From Candidatus Marinacidobacterium sp. (GTDB lineage: Bacteria > Acidobacteriota > Vicinamibacteria > Marinacidobacterales > Marinacidobacteraceae): a stretch of DNA of 64,000 nucleotides. The translations under genes were made by a program, and so were the position numbers. Every line of letters begins with the position of its first letter. The stretch's first letter is position 1. Below are positions 62,368 to 64,000 of this stretch, one piece after another. The notes beneath the pieces are model-generated. The model was not told the DNA's origin. It did no database searches and worked only from the letters and a program-made list of their open reading frames with translations. Where the stretch lies: NCBI GenBank assembly GCA_965220965.1, contig OZ244852.1, positions 1,408,001 through 1,472,000 of the forward strand. The letters are read 5' to 3'.

Positions 62368-62521
62368 GCCGGGAGGCTCAAGGAACGGAGGGCGCTGGTG
62401 TGTTCCGGATGGGGCGCGGGTGAGACACGGCGACCGGGTCTCGAGGGCCAACCTGCTGGGGCCAGCCGCCGTAGCCGGAAGCTATCACGGCGGATCTGCG
62501 CTCGATCCCGGTCCGGATCCA

Positions 62522-63355
62522 TCACTCTGAACTCTCTCCCAGGTAGGTCGCCATGTCTTCCTGGAGGCCTTCGTGGAGCTGCGCGAGGATGTGCAGCCGG
62601 CCGAAGAGCCGCTGGACGCCGGACACGATGTCGTCGAGATCGTTGGCGACCGCGCTCCCCGAGAGCTGGCTGAGGTCCTGCATGGCCTGGTCCTGGAGAC
62701 CCAGGTAGCGCTCGAGCCGGTCGTATTCCCGGGCCCGGTCGAGCACCCAGTCGTAGTCGAAGTAGGGGGCGGCCTGGCTCGCCTGCGCCACGCTCCAGGC
62801 GGCGGTGGAGAGGACCGGCAGGTCCCACTCGAAGGAGAGCGCGACCTCGGCCGCCGGTTCGCCGCGCTGGCGCTTCAGCAGCTCCTGGAGCGCGGTCCCG
62901 AACTCGCTCCGCTTCTCGTTCAGCGTCGGCCCGGCCCGACGGAACTCGGCGAGGTTCTGCCCGATCTCCAGATCCACCGCCGCCCGCGCCTGCTCCGCGA
63001 ACGTGATGAGCCGCCGCTCCTCGCGCCACTCCTCCACGCCGAGCGCGACCATGACCGCGAAGACGACCATGAGCGCCTCGATGGCGATCTCGCCGAACCG
63101 CCGGCGTCGGGGGGTCCCGCCGGGCACTGCGGGGCGCGCCTGCGCGTTCCGGCCGCCTCCCGAGCCCCGCCCGCGCCGTCGCGGACGACCCCGGTCGGGC
63201 GGAGGGGGCGCTGCTCCCCGCCCGCCGCTCTCCCGGCGCTGGTCGGAACCGGTCCGCGGCCGCTGAGCGTTCGTTCGGCGGTCGTTGCCGGGGCGGCCAG
63301 GCGCGACCCGGGTCCGGGTTCCGGCGTCCGGGTCGGCAGAGGGTGTCCTAGGCAC
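62522..63355 (-). CDS. Hypothetical single-pass membrane protein
   Basis: EALMVVFAVMVALGVEEWRE followed by a helical domain with LSTAAW; start uncertain. Confidence 0.6.
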   Translation of the reverse strand: MPRTPSADPDAGTRTRVAPGRPGNDRRTNAQRPRTGSDQRRESGGRGAAPPPPDRGRPRRRGRGSGGGRNAQARPAVPGGTPRRRRFGEIAIEALMVVFAVMVALGVEEWREERRLITFAEQARAAVDLEIGQNLAEFRRAGPTLNEKRSEFGTALQELLKRQRGEPAAEVALSFEWDLPVLSTAAWSVAQASQAAPYFDYDWVLDRAREYDRLERYLGLQDQAMQDLSQLSGSAVANDLDDIVSGVQRLFGRLHILAQLHEGLQEDMATYLGESSE

Positions 63356-63446
63356 GCGGGGAATTGTCCACAAGTCCACGGCGGCGTCGCGCCACAACGC
63401 GGGCGGACGCGCCTGCAATCGCGACGGCTGGCTGCCGGAAGCGCGC

Positions 63447-63683
63447 CTACCGGTCCCGATCCTCTCGAATGAGGATGGCGCTGTCGGTCTGAGGGGTTCC
63501 AGCCGTCCGCGCGCGCAATCGCCGGGCTCTCTCACGGAACGCGGCCAGACGGGAGGCGCGGTCCACCAGCTCGGTCAGCAGGAATCGGATCTCTCCCTCC
63601 AGCGAACGGTGATTGGCCTTGGCCCGGACCTTGAGATGCTCGATCACGCGATCGTCCAGATTCCGGATGGTCAGGGCGCCCAT
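63447..63683 (-). CDS. FitA/StbC-like ribbon-helix-helix antitoxin
   Basis: GGAGG SD; LTIRNLDD...LKVRAKANHRSLEGEIR and a C-terminal DSAILIREDRDR. Confidence 0.82.
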   Translation of the reverse strand: MGALTIRNLDDRVIEHLKVRAKANHRSLEGEIRFLLTELVDRASRLAAFRERARRLRARTAGTPQTDSAILIREDRDR

Positions 63684-63846
63684 GACTGTCCTCCGCACAG
63701 TCAGGCTAGCAACTGCTCACAGTTGCCTCGCCCGGCGCCGACAAGGACAGACAGCAGCCCCGCCGCAGGTACCCTCTTCTGCTGAAGCCGTTGGCTGAGG
63801 GCGCCCTTCCGGGCCCCGGCCGCGCGTCAGGCTCGAGGGAGGCCCG

Positions 63847-64000
63847 GTGGAAGCGATTTCGGAACTGCTCTCCAGGCTGTCGGAGGCGCTCGCCGGGGTT
63901 CCGGGGCTGCGCTACTGGACCGCGCTCCTCATCGTGACGGTCGTGATCGCGGCGGCGCGGCTGGCGGACCGGGGGGTGAGCTGGGCGTTCTCGCGCTTCG
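63847..64000 (+). CDS. Membrane protein N-terminus, truncated by the window end
   Basis: GAGGGAGG SD, GTG start, open frame with the TM segment WTALLIVTVVIAAA. Confidence 0.5.
   Translation, partial: MEAISELLSRLSEALAGVPGLRYWTALLIVTVVIAAARLADRGVSWAFSRF

Noticed and set aside
63364-63379. DnaA-box-like TTGTCCACA
   Set aside because: One box plus a partial copy, with no origin context.

Overview
High-GC bacterial chromosome segment; the gene content suggests an Acidobacteriota/Gemmatimonadota-like organism, which is inference only. 1-22.5 kb and 32-38.5 kb are mostly housekeeping and catabolic genes: Lhr helicase C-terminus, galK, a PQQ dehydrogenase, a penicillin acylase, an M23 peptidase, an FAH-family protein, a GH2 beta-galactosidase, DUF885, YgfZ and an amidohydrolase. 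Three parts stand out. (1) A hidden selenoprotein at 8145-8729: an in-frame UGA in a UxxC motif followed by an E. coli-like SECIS hairpin. (2) Five tandem paralogous lipoproteins at 22.6-32.0 kb, each with Ig-like repeats and a matrixin-like zinc-protease domain. Four end in an MMP cysteine-switch-like C-terminal motif (LRCG[LV]PH or LRCALPH); the single copy with a destroyed active site has also lost that Cys. (3) A type I-G CRISPR-Cas locus (cas7-csb2-cas3-csb3/cas8g) at 42.9-57 kb with no cas1/cas2/cas4. Its leader position holds a decayed IS3, and its roughly 40-repeat array is cut by two IS21 elements and two orphan IS ends. The array has duplicated spacer blocks and two spacers that encode the same peptide with fully synonymous differences. 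Also present: a frameshifted SDH/ClpP-class protease, copAB, two orphan antitoxin-like genes and a DUF3526 ABC transporter operon.
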